Of a stretch of 64,000 nt of DNA, positions 41,730 to 52,900 are shown one piece after another; position 1 is the stretch's first letter; each line of letters starts with the position of its first letter. The translations under genes and the position numbers were made by a program. A model generated the notes under the pieces. The model saw only the letters and a program-made list of their open reading frames with translations, searched no databases and had not been told where the DNA came from. Source of the DNA: Escherichia coli (GTDB lineage: Bacteria; Pseudomonadota; Gammaproteobacteria; Enterobacterales; Enterobacteriaceae). Where the stretch lies: the NCBI RefSeq assembly GCF_024502345.1, contig NZ_JALDNN010000001.1, one strand, 5' to 3'.

Positions 41730-42976
41730 CAGGAGCGAGCTCCTTTTTTCGCGTATTCGCGGCTGGTGGCTTTCTCTTCCGGAGTGGTGGCGCTCTGGGC
41801 TTCCACCACTTCCACTTTCGCCCCTTCGGTCAGGCGATCAATGCCGTCTGTCACCACGCGATCGCCCGCAGAAATACCTGCGCGGATCACCACTTTCTGA
41901 CTGTCCTGAATGCCCGGCGTCACCAGATGTTTGCTGACCTTGTTTTCGCTATTCAGCACCCAGACAAAATGGCCTTCATTGCCCATTTGCAGGGCGGCGG
42001 TGGGGATCACTACGGCGTTTTGTTCGGTGTCGACTAACATGCGCGCGTTAACAAACTGATTGGGAAACAGCGCATCATCCTGATTATTAAAGCGTGCTTT
42101 CACTTTAATCGTACCGGTAGTGGCATCGATTTGGTTATCGAGACTTAACAGCGTGCCTTCACTTAATTTCTTCGAGTTGGTGCGATCCCAGGCTTCTACC
42201 ACCAGCGGTTTTCCGGCTTTTTGCGCCTGCACGACGGTAGCGATATCGCTTTCCGGCAGGGTAAAGAGCAAATCGATAGGATGCGTCTGGGTGATCACCA
42301 CGATCCCGGTGGTATCACCACTGGAGATTTGGTTACCAACATCAACCTGCTTGAGACCAACGCGACCATCGACTGGTGCGGTAATACGGCTCCAGTCGAG
42401 TTGCAGCTGCGCGCTGGCGACGCTTGCTTCATCAGCCTTAATGGTGCCTTCGGTTTCACTGACCAGCGCCTGTTGGGCATCCAGCTCCTGGCGGGAGACG
42501 AGATTGGTTTTTGCCAGTTGCTGATAACGCGCCAGATCACGGCGGGCGTTGGTAAGCGTGGCTTTATCTTTTGCCAGTTGGCCCTGGGCTTGTGCTAATG
42601 CAACTTTGAACTGGCTGGGGTCAATTTCTGCCAGTAAATCGCCTGCTTTGACCTGCTGGCCTTCCTGGAAATGTAACGCCATCAGTTGACCGTCCACGCG
42701 GCTGCGCACCGTAACAGTATTAGCAGCGGTAATGGTGCCAAGCCCGGTGAGGTAACGCGGAACTGCCTGTTCTACGGCGGTCGCCGCCTGAACCGGGGCT
42801 AATGGGCCGGAACGCATACCACGGCGACCACCCGCTGGCGATTGCTGCGCTTGTTTCGTCGCCCCTGGGGCTGCACTCTGGGAGTCATTGCGGCCTTGCC
42901 AGAACCAGAATGCGGCGATGGCGGCGATAACCACCACGATTACGATTACCCAACGGGATTTATAACTGCCTTTCAT
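41729..42976 (-). CDS. mdtA: Periplasmic adaptor (membrane fusion) protein MdtA (415 aa)
   Basis: Start placed at [19 protein letters not shown] within ORF 41729-43123. Confidence 0.9.
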   Translation of the reverse strand: MKGSYKSRWVIVIVVVIAAIAAFWFWQGRNDSQSAAPGATKQAQQSPAGGRRGMRSGPLAPVQAATAVEQAVPRYLTGLGTITAANTVTVRSRVDGQLMALHFQEGQQVKAGDLLAEIDPSQFKVALAQAQGQLAKDKATLTNARRDLARYQQLAKTNLVSRQELDAQQALVSETEGTIKADEASVASAQLQLDWSRITAPVDGRVGLKQVDVGNQISSGDTTGIVVITQTHPIDLLFTLPESDIATVVQAQKAGKPLVVEAWDRTNSKKLSEGTLLSLDNQIDATTGTIKVKARFNNQDDALFPNQFVNARMLVDTEQNAVVIPTAALQMGNEGHFVWVLNSENKVSKHLVTPGIQDSQKVVIRAGISAGDRVVTDGIDRLTEGAKVEVVEAQSATTPEEKATSREYAKKGARS

Positions 42977-43199
42977 CGTTAAGAGTTTCTCTTCCTGAAA
43001 CGTTTCGCGGAATGATACTAGTGTAGCCAGCCAATAAGGGAGAAAAATGGAGGAATTATGAAACACTATCGGGAATCGTCTGAATGGCGGGCACATTTGC
43101 GAGCACGCATCCAGTAATAACACAGGAAACTATTTTATCTACGCGTTAGCGATAGACTGCTTGCATGGCGAAAGGAGGTAAGCCGACGATTTCAGCGGG

Positions 43200-43340
43200 A
43201 CGCTGAAACGGGAAAGCCCCTCCCGAGGAAGGGGCCATAAATAAGGAAAGGGTCATGATGAAGATACTCATCATCGTGGTGCTCTTAGTGATTAGCTACC
43301 CAGCATACTAAGACTACCAGGGCGGGGGAAACCCCGCTCT
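43200..43340 (-). ncRNA. Sib antisense sRNA, unit 1 (approximate boundaries)
   Basis: Sib RNAs are about 140 nt and fully antisense to ibs; the hairpin upstream of ibs on the plus strand would serve as the minus-strand terminator. Confidence 0.45.
43255..43311 (+). CDS. Ibs-family type I toxin peptide (MMKILIIVVLLVISYPAY)
   Basis: Tiny hydrophobic ORF with SD-like aaggaaaggg upstream, in repeat unit 1. Confidence 0.7.
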   Translation: MMKILIIVVLLVISYPAY

Positions 43341-43527
43341 ACCCTCACTCCTGAAAGTATGCCTTCACGTTCAGAATGTCAATCCGCAGGCTTTGCAGTC
43401 TGCGATCCTGCCAGCAAATATTCTTTGCGAGACGTTACGCAATAATCACAGAGGAAACTATTTTGTTCACGCGTTAGCGATAGACTGAATTCAGGGCGAA
43501 AGGAGGTAAGCCGACGATTTCAGCGGG

Positions 43528-43668
43528 ACGCTGAAACGGGAAAGCCCCTCCCGAGGAAGGGGCCTTAAATAAGGAAAGGGTCATGATGAAGTGGATCATC
43601 ATCGTGGTGCTCTTAGTCATAAGCTTCCCGGCTTACTAAGACTACCAGGGCGGGGGAAACCCCGCTCT
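43528..43668 (-). ncRNA. Sib antisense sRNA, unit 2 (approximate boundaries)
   Basis: As unit 1. Confidence 0.45.
43583..43639 (+). CDS. Ibs-family type I toxin peptide (MMKWIIIVVLLVISFPAY)
   Basis: Same architecture in repeat unit 2. Confidence 0.7.
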   Translation: MMKWIIIVVLLVISFPAY

Positions 43669-43855
43669 ACCCTCACTCCTGAAAGTATGCCTTCACGATA
43701 AGATTGTCAATCTGCAGGCTTTGCAGTCTGCGATCCTGCCAGCAAATATTCTTTGCGAGACGTTACGCAATAATCACACTGGAAACTATTTTATCCGCAA
43801 GTCAGCGATAGACTGCATGCATGGCGAAAGGAGGTAAGCCGACGATTTCAGCGGG

Positions 43856-43996
43856 ATGCTGAAACGGGAAAGCCCCTCCCGAGGAAGGGGCCTTAAATAA
43901 GAAAAGGGTTATGATGAAGCACGTCATCATACTGGTGATACTCTTAGTGATTAGCTTCCAGGCTTACTAAGAACACCAGGGGGAGGGGAAACCTCT
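43856..43996 (-). ncRNA. sibA: Sib antisense sRNA, unit 3 (approximate boundaries)
   Basis: As unit 1. Confidence 0.45.
43911..43970 (+). CDS. ibsA: Ibs-family type I toxin peptide (MMKHVIILVILLVISFQAY)
   Basis: Same architecture in repeat unit 3; closest to the K-12 IbsA sequence as recalled. Confidence 0.7.
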   Translation: MMKHVIILVILLVISFQAY

Positions 43997-44189
43997 CCCT
44001 AACCCTCACTCCTGAAATTATGTCACTCCGCCCTTAGTGTCAATCGACGGCTCTCCGTTCTTGCGAGGCGAATAGCAAAATTTTCTGCGCCGCCGGGACT
44101 AATTCTGAAAGTTTCTTCGTTTGCTCTTATTTCATTATTGCAGTCGGTATGATACCGGACCTCAATAATTCTCTAAGAAAGGATTTCTT

Positions 44190-44849
44190 ATGAGCGAACA
44201 AATCACGTTTGCCACCAGCGATTTTGCCAGTAACCCGGAACCACGTTGCCCCTGCATTCTGCTGCTGGATGTTTCTGGCTCGATGAGCGGCAGACCTATT
44301 AATGAACTTAACGCCGGATTGGTTACCTTTCGTGATGAACTGCTTGCTGATCCGCTGGCTTTAAAAAGAGTGGAACTCGGCATTGTGACGTTCGGCCCGG
44401 TGCATGTGGAACAACCCTTTACCAGCGCCGCTAACTTTTTCCCGCCCATCCTGTTTGCCCTGGGGGATACGCCTATGGGGGCCGCCATTACCAAAGCCCT
44501 GGATATGGTAGAGGAGCGGAAACGTGAGTACCGCGCAAATGGTATTTCGTATTATCGCCCGTGGATTTTCCTGATCACCGATGGCGCTCCAACCGATGAG
44601 TGGCAGGCTGCCGCCAACAAAGTGTTTCAGGGGGAAGAAGATAAGAAGTTTGCCTTCTTTTCCATCGGTGTTCAGGGGGCGGATATGAAGACGCTGGCAC
44701 AAATCAGCGTTCGTCAGCCTTTGCCACTGCAGGGATTACAATTCCGTGAACTGTTTAGCTGGTTATCCAGTTCGCTGCGTTCGGTTTCCCGCTCCACGCC
44801 GGGAACGGAAGTTGTGCTGGAAGCGCCAAAAGGCTGGACGTCAGTGTGA
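44190..44849 (+). CDS. yegL: von Willebrand factor A domain protein YegL (219 aa)
   Basis: 219 aa; vWA MIDAS-like DxSxS motif [11 protein letters not shown]. Confidence 0.9.
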   Translation: MSEQITFATSDFASNPEPRCPCILLLDVSGSMSGRPINELNAGLVTFRDELLADPLALKRVELGIVTFGPVHVEQPFTSAANFFPPILFALGDTPMGAAITKALDMVEERKREYRANGISYYRPWIFLITDGAPTDEWQAAANKVFQGEEDKKFAFFSIGVQGADMKTLAQISVRQPLPLQGLQFRELFSWLSSSLRSVSRSTPGTEVVLEAPKGWTSV

Positions 44850-45606
44850 GCTGGCGTCTGGTTTATGCATCCGCTGTTGGAACGTCGCACATTAGCGCTG
44901 ATTTACCTTGTCAGGATGCCTGCCAGATGCAGGTTGCCTGGCTAAATGACCAGCAGCCATTACTGGTGATGTTCCTTGCTGATGGCGCAGTAGCGTTTCG
45001 CAGGGAGGAGAAGGCGCGAAGCTCGCCGTCAATGAAGCGATGACGTTTATGGTGCAAAAAGTACAGGACGGTGAATTGGGGCTTAATGATGTCCTCGCCA
45101 CAAATATGGTACTGACCATTCGTCAACGACTTTTTGCCGAGGCAGAAGCCAAAGCATTAGCAGTTCGCGATTTTGCCTGCACGTTTCTGGGATTGATTTC
45201 ATCGGCTAACGGCACATTGATTATGCAAATTGGCGACGGCGGTGTAGTGGTGGATTTTGGTCACGGTCTGCAATTACCGCTTACGCCGATGGTGGGTGAA
45301 TATGCCAATATGACGCATTTCATTACCGATGAAGATGCCGTTTCCAGACTGGAAACTTTCACCAGCACTGAGCGTGTGCATAAAGTTGCAGCATTTACGG
45401 ATGGTATCCAGCGACTGGCGTTAAATATGTTGGATAATTCTCCGCATGTGCCTTTCTTTACCCCTTTTTTCAATGGACTGGCGGCAGCAACGCAGGAACA
45501 GCTCGATTTATTACCTGAATTGTTAAAGCAGTTTTTGTCCAGCCCGGCGGTAAACGAGCGTACCGATGATGATAAAACGTTGGCACTGGCGCTGTGGTTA
45601 CCATGA
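44846..45606 (+). pseudogene. yegK: PP2C-like phosphatase gene yegK/pphC, split by a frameshift into 65-aa and 188-aa ORFs
   Basis: ORFs 44846-45043 and 45040-45606 lie in different frames; together they span 761 nt, not a multiple of 3. Confidence 0.6.
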
Positions 45607-47543
45607 AACCCACTTTATATACTGCTACTGGTGAGTGCGTTACGCCAGGCCGTGAACTGGGCAAAGGTGGCGAAGGCGCGGTTTATGATATCAATGAGTT
45701 TGTCGATAGCGTCGCCAAGATTTATCACACGCCGCCACCCGCCTTAAAACAGGACAAACTTGCCTTTATGGCTGCGACAGCTGACGCGCAGTTGTTGAAT
45801 TATGTCGCCTGGCCGCAGGCAACGCTTCACGGTGGACGAGACGGAAAAGTTATCGGTTTTATGATGCCAAAAGTTTCTGGTAAAGAACCGATTCATATGA
45901 TCTATAGCCCGGCACATCGTCGCCAGAGTTACCCTCATTGTGCGTGGGATTTTCTACTCTATGTTGCGCGCAATATTGCTTCATCTTTTGCTACGGTTCA
46001 CGAGCACGGGCACGTCGTGGGGGACGTAAACCAGAACAGCTTTATGGTAGGTCGCGACAGCAAAGTGGTGTTGATCGATAGTGACTCCTTTCAGATTAAC
46101 GCCAATGGCACACTGCATTTATGCGAAGTCGGCGTGTCGCATTTTACGCCGCCAGAGCTACAAACCTTGCCATCATTTGTCGGTTTTGAACGTACCGCGA
46201 ATCACGATAATTTTGGCCTTGCGTTGCTGATTTTTCACGTCTTGTTTGGTGGGCGGCATCCTTATTCTGGTGTGCCGCTTATCTCTGATGCGGGTAATGC
46301 GCTGGAGACGGATATTGCCCATTTCCGTTATGCCTACGCGTCAGATAATCAGCGACGTGGTTTAAAACCGCCGCCACGATCTATTCCGCTGTCGATGTTA
46401 CCGGGCGATGTTGAAGCCATGTTTCAGCAGGCATTCACGGAAAGTGGCGTGGCAACGGGGCGTCCGACGGCTAAAGCGTGGGTAGCGGCACTGGACTCTC
46501 TACGCCAACAGTTAAAGAAATGTACCGTTTCAGCAATGCATGTTTACCCCGCTCATTTGACTGACTGCCCGTGGTGTGCGCTGGATAATCAAGGTGTTAT
46601 CTATTTTATTGATCTTGGTGAAGAGGTCATTACCACCGGCGGGGATTTTGTGCTGGCGAAAGTCTGGGCGATGGTGATGGCGTCAGTAGCACCGCCAGCA
46701 TTGCAATTGCCATTACCCGATCATTTCCAACCGACTGGCAGGCTGCTTCCTTTAGGCCTGTTACGGCGCGAATACATCATTCTGATTGAGATCGCACTGT
46801 CAGCGTTATCGCTGTTGCTTTGCGGCCTTCAGGCAGAACCGCGTTATATTATTTTGGTTCCTGTGCTGGCGGCTATCTGGATTATTGGCAGTCTGACAAG
46901 CAAAGCTTATAAAGCAGAAATCCAGCAACGCCGTGAGGCATTTAATCGCGCGAAAATGGACTATGACCATTTAGTCAGCCAGATCCAACAGTTGGGCGGG
47001 CTGGAAGGTTTTATCGCCAAACGGACGATGCTCGAAAAAATGAAGGACGAAATTCTCGGGTTACCGGAAGAAGAAAAACGTGCTCTGGCAGCACTTCACG
47101 ACACTGCAAGGGAACGGCAGAAGCAGAAGTTTCTGGAGGGATTTTTTATTGATGCTGCCTCTATTCCCGGCGTTGGCCCTGCGCGTAAAGCGGCGTTACG
47201 GTCTTTTGGTATTGAAACAGCCGCGGATGTTACCCGTCGTGGGGTTAAGCAAGTTAAAGGGTTTGGCGACCATCTGACCCAGGCGGTTATCGACTGGAAA
47301 GCGAGTTGCGAACGCCGTTTTGTGTTCAGGCCGAACGAAGCGGTAACGCCAGCAGACAGACAGGCGGTAATGGCGAAAATGGCCGCCAAACGACATCGGC
47401 TGGAAGCCGCATTGACAGAGGGCGCGACAGAGTTGCAGCGATTCCGCCTTCATGCTCCAGCACGGACCATGCCGTTGATGGAACAGTTACGTCAGGCAGC
47501 AGAAAAACTGGCTCAGGCGCAGGCAGATTTAAGCCGCTGCTGA
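45594..47543 (+). CDS. yegI: Eukaryotic-like Ser/Thr protein kinase family protein YegI (649 aa)
   Basis: 649 aa; kinase-like N-terminal region, central TM segment, C-terminal helix-hairpin-helix-like region. Confidence 0.9.
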   Translation: MVTMKPTLYTATGECVTPGRELGKGGEGAVYDINEFVDSVAKIYHTPPPALKQDKLAFMAATADAQLLNYVAWPQATLHGGRDGKVIGFMMPKVSGKEPIHMIYSPAHRRQSYPHCAWDFLLYVARNIASSFATVHEHGHVVGDVNQNSFMVGRDSKVVLIDSDSFQINANGTLHLCEVGVSHFTPPELQTLPSFVGFERTANHDNFGLALLIFHVLFGGRHPYSGVPLISDAGNALETDIAHFRYAYASDNQRRGLKPPPRSIPLSMLPGDVEAMFQQAFTESGVATGRPTAKAWVAALDSLRQQLKKCTVSAMHVYPAHLTDCPWCALDNQGVIYFIDLGEEVITTGGDFVLAKVWAMVMASVAPPALQLPLPDHFQPTGRLLPLGLLRREYIILIEIALSALSLLLCGLQAEPRYIILVPVLAAIWIIGSLTSKAYKAEIQQRREAFNRAKMDYDHLVSQIQQLGGLEGFIAKRTMLEKMKDEILGLPEEEKRALAALHDTARERQKQKFLEGFFIDAASIPGVGPARKAALRSFGIETAADVTRRGVKQVKGFGDHLTQAVIDWKASCERRFVFRPNEAVTPADRQAVMAKMAAKRHRLEAALTEGATELQRFRLHAPARTMPLMEQLRQAAEKLAQAQADLSRC

Positions 47544-47555
47544 GCCATTTTTCAA

Positions 47556-48908
47556 TTAACGAAACACCACTTCCGCCCAGCGTGCCAGCCCGGCGGTGAC
47601 GGAGCCAAAGTCATCGCCGCCTGCAATCGGAATGCCCGGCAACTGTTCTGCCAGCGCTTTTTTAATCAGCGGAGAACGGGCGCTACCGCCGGTCAGGTAG
47701 ATAACGTCCGGTTTTTCCTGGGCGTTATCCAGGGCCAGTTGCACCTGTTCCAGAATCCGCGCCAGTGGCTGGCTGAGGGCGCTTTCCAGCCCTCGCTGGC
47801 TAATCAGCGTAGCCAGTTCATTGCTGATAAACGGCAGTGAGGCGCGGGTTTCCGCTACGCTTGAAAGAGCAATTTTGCACTCTTCTGCGCTACGCACCAG
47901 GCGATAGCTTAAACGCTGACGCCAGACTTTCTGTAACAGGGCCACTTTTTCCGGTTCGCGGGCATCGCGTACCAGATCGTTAAGCAGACGACCGTTGGCA
48001 CTACTGTAGAAATCACTCTGCGCAGGTACGTCGTTGATGGCAACCGCATTCCACCACGGCAGGATCGGCAGGGCGATGCCTTTTTCGGTTTCGCCACCCA
48101 TACCCAGCAGTGGCATCAGGTTTTTAAACGCCAGGGCGATATCCAGATCGTTACCGCCAATACGACAACCACTGTGACCCAGCAGACTGGCTTCACGATC
48201 GAGACGCGAACGCCACTGCGGCCCCATCAGCAGCAATGAACAGTCAGTCGTACCACCGCCGATATCCACCACCAGCACCCGTTTTTCTTCCTGCAAGGTG
48301 GCTTCGTAATCCAGCCCAGCCGCGACCGGCTCGTACTGGAATACCACGTCCCTGAATCCGGCACGCTTCGCCGCGCGTTCCAGAATCCCTTGCGCCTGGG
48401 CGTTTGCTTCATCGCCGCCCAGCCCCTGGAAGTTGATCGGGCGACCAATCACCGCCTGAGTAATCGCTTCTGGCAGCTGCGCCTGCGCCTGCTGGCGAAT
48501 GTGCAACATCATTGCGCAGACCAGATCCTCAAACAGCGCTACCTGCTGCGGTTTTAAGCCGCTGGCACCGAGGAACGATTTTGGTGATTTCACAAACCAC
48601 ACTTCTTCTGGATCATCAATGTACTGTGCCAGTGAGGAAAGACCGAACTGCACGCTTTTCGCCGTAACATCGATATCTTCTTCGCGGTTATAACGAATCG
48701 CCCGACGTAACAGCGCCTGCGTTTCATCGTCGTCTGCCGGAACATCATGATGGCGGTACAGCCATTCACTTACTGCTTCACGCGTTGGCGCGCAAAGCAT
48801 TGAAGGCAGCAGCGTGCTGTCGTTTTCCATTTTCAGTAATTGCGGTTTACCGTCACGCATGACCGCCACTGAACAGTTTGCTGTACCGTAATCAAAACCA
48901 ATAAACAC
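47556..48908 (-). CDS. yegD: Hsp70/actin-like ATPase family protein YegD (450 aa)
   Basis: MFIGFDYGTANCSVAV N-terminus is an Hsp70-type phosphate-1 motif; 450 aa. Confidence 0.9.
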   Translation of the reverse strand: MFIGFDYGTANCSVAVMRDGKPQLLKMENDSTLLPSMLCAPTREAVSEWLYRHHDVPADDDETQALLRRAIRYNREEDIDVTAKSVQFGLSSLAQYIDDPEEVWFVKSPKSFLGASGLKPQQVALFEDLVCAMMLHIRQQAQAQLPEAITQAVIGRPINFQGLGGDEANAQAQGILERAAKRAGFRDVVFQYEPVAAGLDYEATLQEEKRVLVVDIGGGTTDCSLLLMGPQWRSRLDREASLLGHSGCRIGGNDLDIALAFKNLMPLLGMGGETEKGIALPILPWWNAVAINDVPAQSDFYSSANGRLLNDLVRDAREPEKVALLQKVWRQRLSYRLVRSAEECKIALSSVAETRASLPFISNELATLISQRGLESALSQPLARILEQVQLALDNAQEKPDVIYLTGGSARSPLIKKALAEQLPGIPIAGGDDFGSVTAGLARWAEVVFR

Positions 48909-49041
48909 GAATTAATCCCCATGCCGGTGAAGAAGGGGCGTGACTTTAGCGAAATGTTGCCGTCGCGACAACCGGAATATGAAAGCAAAGCGTAGCGTCT
49001 GAATAACGTTTATGCTGAAAGCGGATGAATAAGGAGATGCG

Positions 49042-49890
49042 ATGTATACCCTGAACTGGCAGCCGCCGTATGACTGGTCGTGGATGTTGGGATTTCTCGC
49101 CGCCCGTGCAGTGAGTGGTGTGGAAACGGTAGCTGAGGATTATTATGCCCGTAGTCTGGCGGTGGGCGAATATCGCGGCGTGGTGACTGCTATTCCGGAT
49201 ATAGCCCGCCATACTCTGCACATAAATTTAAGTGCAGGTTTAGAACCCGTTGCCGCTGAGTGTCTGGCGAAAATGAGCCGCCTGTTTGATCTGCAATGTA
49301 ACCCGCAGATTGTTAACGGTGCGTTGGGCAAGTTAGGCGCGGCGCGGCCCGGATTGCGTTTACCCGGCTGTATTGATGCTTTTGAGCAGGGTGTGCGGGC
49401 GATTTTAGGCCAACTGGTGAGCGTGGCGATGGCGGCAAAATTGACTGCCAAAGTTGTACAGCTTTATGGCGAACGGCTGGATGATTTTCCGGAGTATATC
49501 TGCTTCCCCACGCCTCAGCGGCTGGCAGCAGCCGACCCGCAGGCATTAAAAGCGTTAGGCATGCCGTTGAAACGGGCAGAGGCACTGATTCATCTGGCAA
49601 ATGCGGCGCTGGAGGGCAGCTTACCAATGACAATTCCGGGCGATGTGGAGCAGGCGATGAAAACGCTGCAAACTTTTCCGGGTATCGGGCGCTGGACGGC
49701 GAATTATTTCGCTTTGCGTGGCTGGCAGGCGAAAGATGTTTTCCTGCCGGATGATTATCTGATTAAACAGCGGTTTCCGGGAATGACACCAGCACAAATC
49801 CGCCGTTATGCCGAACGCTGGAAGCCCTGGCGTTCTTATGCGCTGTTGCATATCTGGTATACGGAAGGCTGGCAACCAGACGAAGCATGA
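49042..49890 (+). CDS. alkA: 3-methyladenine DNA glycosylase II AlkA (282 aa)
   Basis: 282 aa; helix-hairpin-helix glycosylase signature near FPGIGRWTANYFALRG. Confidence 0.95.
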   Translation: MYTLNWQPPYDWSWMLGFLAARAVSGVETVAEDYYARSLAVGEYRGVVTAIPDIARHTLHINLSAGLEPVAAECLAKMSRLFDLQCNPQIVNGALGKLGAARPGLRLPGCIDAFEQGVRAILGQLVSVAMAAKLTAKVVQLYGERLDDFPEYICFPTPQRLAAADPQALKALGMPLKRAEALIHLANAALEGSLPMTIPGDVEQAMKTLQTFPGIGRWTANYFALRGWQAKDVFLPDDYLIKQRFPGMTPAQIRRYAERWKPWRSYALLHIWYTEGWQPDEA

Positions 49891-49892
49891 CG

Positions 49893-49985
49893 TTGGTCGC
49901 CGGATGCGGTGCGAGCGCCTTATCCGGCCTGGGGAATGAGCGATTTGTAGGCATGATAAGACGCGTTAGCGTCGCATCAGGCGAT
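49893..49985. repeat. REP/BIME palindromic elements
   Basis: gccggatgcggtgcgagcgccttatccggcc ... gataagacgcgttagcgtcgcatcaggc. Confidence 0.75.
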
Positions 49986-49998
49986 GGGGAAGCACGCC

Positions 49999-52900
49999 TC
50001 AGTTAATCGCGAAATAACTGCTATTCACCAGCAAATCCAGCGGTTGGGAATCGGCAATCACATCACCATAAATCAGATCGACGCCGATGCCAGAAAGCGT
50101 ATCCATCACTAAGGGTAAAACGACTGGCCCGGCGATGGTTTTCATCCCGAGTCGCTGAGCGTGCCCCTGAATAATCGTAATCAGCATCTCATCCATCAAA
50201 TTACCCTGCACGTTGGCGCATAACTCACCATCAAGTAGCAGGTAATCTGCCATATTCGCTTTCAGCGAGTTGAAGATTTGCAGATCGCGGCCCACCTGGC
50301 TGAGCACTATCCGACATCCCGCCAGCCGCAGTTTTTGCACGCTTACTGCGTGATCTAAAATCGCTTCAGCCGGAATAATCAGATGTAATAACCGTGGTGG
50401 TAGAGGGCTATTTTCCAGCTGCTCAAGCAGTTCATTCACCAGCGTGGCGCTACTCAAACCGGCAACGGAAAGAGGGAGGGCGATGCTTATGCCTTTACTG
50501 GCAACCGCTTTTGCGGCCTGCTGGAAAAATTCGTGGAATACCCGTCGGTCAAGAGCATGGCTAAGTGCCGGATCGCTGAAGCTACGACGAAATTTTTGTT
50601 CATCAATAATCTCGCCTTCGCAACTCCAGAGCTTAAGTGAAATCAGCCACAAATTACGCGCTTCCGGGATCCGCGGCGAAGCGACACCGTGGGCGATCAT
50701 CATCAACTGATTCTCTTTAATCATCCGCCACTGTTCATCAAGCGACATCGCCGCCCGTTCGCTATGTGCGGCAGCTTGCTGTGGTTCGTAAATCGTCACC
50801 CGGCCCCGGCCACCATTTTTGGAGGCATAACAGGCGATATCAGCCTGCGACATCACTTCAGCCGCCTGATGATTGTTGTCATCAATCAAGGTAATCCCGG
50901 CACTGGCACCTACCCGATGTACACGTCCTTCCCAGATAAAGTGATAGTCATTCACGGCACTGATAATGCGTGTAGCGATAAAACGCGCGCTTTCAACATT
51001 ACAGTCTGGTAGCAGCAGACCAAATTCATCCCCACCGAGTCGCGCCAGCACGTCGCTGGAACGCAGCATACTCAGCATTAACGACGCCAGTTCGCGCAGC
51101 AAAGCGTCACCCGCCGCATGCCCGGCGCTGTCATTCACCGCTTTAAAGCGATCAAGATCGATAAACACCAGGGCATGTCGCTGATGTGTACTGTTTACCG
51201 TTTGCAGCAGGATACGCAGTTGTTTCTCAAAACTGGCGCGATTGGCGAGATGCGTCAGTGCATCATGGGAGGCGCTGTAGCTCAGCTGGCGCAGCATTTT
51301 GCGTGATTCGGTAACGTCCTGAATCACCAGAACCGAACCAATATTGCTGCCGTCCAGAGTACTTAACGGCGTAATACTGTAATGCACGTCGTAGCTGCCG
51401 CCGCTCCGGCAGTGCAACACCACATCTTGTTCAATCGCGGAACGTGAGGTGTCGGCACTGTAAATGTTCTCCATCAGGGGACCATTGTCGCCAAAGGTAA
51501 TATGCAACACCGTCAGGAGCGGAACACCTAATGCTTCTTCCTGCGTCCAGCCGCTCATCTTCTCCGCCACTGGATTCATAAAGGTAATTTTCATTGCCAT
51601 ATCAATACAGACCACGGCTTCGCCGATGGAGTCCAGCGTAATGTGCAGGCGCTCTTTTTCCTAAAACAATGCCTCGTTAAGCTGTTTCACTTCGGTCATA
51701 TCCATATTGATGCCGAGGAGACGTTCGACTTCGCCTTCTTTATTCAGTACCCGGTTGGCGAGGGCGCGGATATGGCGAATACCGTCTTTTACGGTAATGC
51801 GAAATTCCAGTTTAAAGGGCGAGCGTGATTGCAACGAATCACGAATCACTTTTTCGGCATGCTGGCGATCTTCCGGCAGCACGCACTCGTACCACACCTG
51901 CCAGTTCGGTTTGATATGTGGAGGAATTTCATACAGCTCGAACATCCGCTTATCCCAGCTAAAAACATTCGGTTTCAACTCCCACTCCCAGATGCCAATC
52001 CCGCCCGCTTCGTTAGACAGCGTGATGCGCTCCATCAGTTGCTGATTGACCTGTTCGGTGCGTTTTAGCTCGTTAATGTCTTCAATCTGAGCGATAAAAT
52101 AGAGCGGCGTGCCATCCGTGTGGCGCACCAGTGAGACGGCAAGCAACGCCCAGACAACATCGCCATTGCGGTTGTAGTAGCGTTTTTCCATTGAATAGGT
52201 GTTTATTTCACCGCTTATCAGCTTTTCAACCTGTTGGAGATCTTTATTGAGATCCTCCGGCCAGGTCAGTTGCTGAAAGGTGAGTCCGCGCAGCTCTTCC
52301 TGACTGTACCCGAGAAACTGGCAGAGCGCTTTGTTGGTTTGCAGCCATTGTCCCTCGGTGCCCACTAACGCCATACCGATAGCGGAATATTCCATCGCGT
52401 TCCGAAAGCGGGTTTCGCTTTCGGAAATGTGTTTGCGTTCCGCACGAAAGGCATACATCACCATGGTCATGATGTTGGCGGGCAGCAGGATCAGCAAAAA
52501 CGGTAGCCACGGCATATGGCTCATCAGGTACGTACGCGGCGTAGCAAGCAGGGAGGGATCCGCGGCCATCATCAGCGACACCATCATCACCGTGGTAAGG
52601 AAGATCAAAAAGGCTTCCATTCGTGGCAGGCGCACGGCGCTCCACATCAACAGCACAATAATGAAAGTAAAAGGCCACGGCAGATACAGCATCGAAAGCC
52701 AGCTTAACGTCAGTGTGATGGCTAACGTGAGCAGCGACTCAAAAAGCAACCGTGGGTTGCGATGGCGCAGCAGATAGTGTGGTTTAAATAACAATCCCAG
52801 CGGCACCAGTGCCAGAGCGCCGATGGATTCTGACAGTACCCATATCAAAAATGCCCTGAGAGGATCGTCTCCGGGCGTCAGCAGGACAACCAGACCCCCC

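Larger units (their letters stand above)
43105..44050. repeat. Three tandem ~330-bp ibs/sib type I toxin-antitoxin repeat units
   Basis: Unit landmark g(c/t)(g/c)(t/a)(t/c)agcgatagactg recurs at 43143, 43471, 43801; each unit holds the hairpin gggaaagcccctcccgaggaagggg and an 18-19 codon hydrophobic ORF. Confidence 0.85.

Noticed and set aside
41729-43123. Long N-terminal extensions in the ORF track (mdtA 464 aa, L 189 aa, O 306 aa, P 600 aa, udk 234 aa, yegH 549 aa, wzc 732 aa)
   Set aside because: The ORF track extends to the farthest upstream start, including alternative start codons; internal ATGs matching known protein N-termini were used instead
43105-44050. Possible CRISPR array (regularly spaced repeats)
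   Set aside because: Repeat period is about 330 bp, units contain a conserved small ORF and hairpin, and there are no short unique spacers; this is the ibs/sib toxin-antitoxin repeat, not CRISPR
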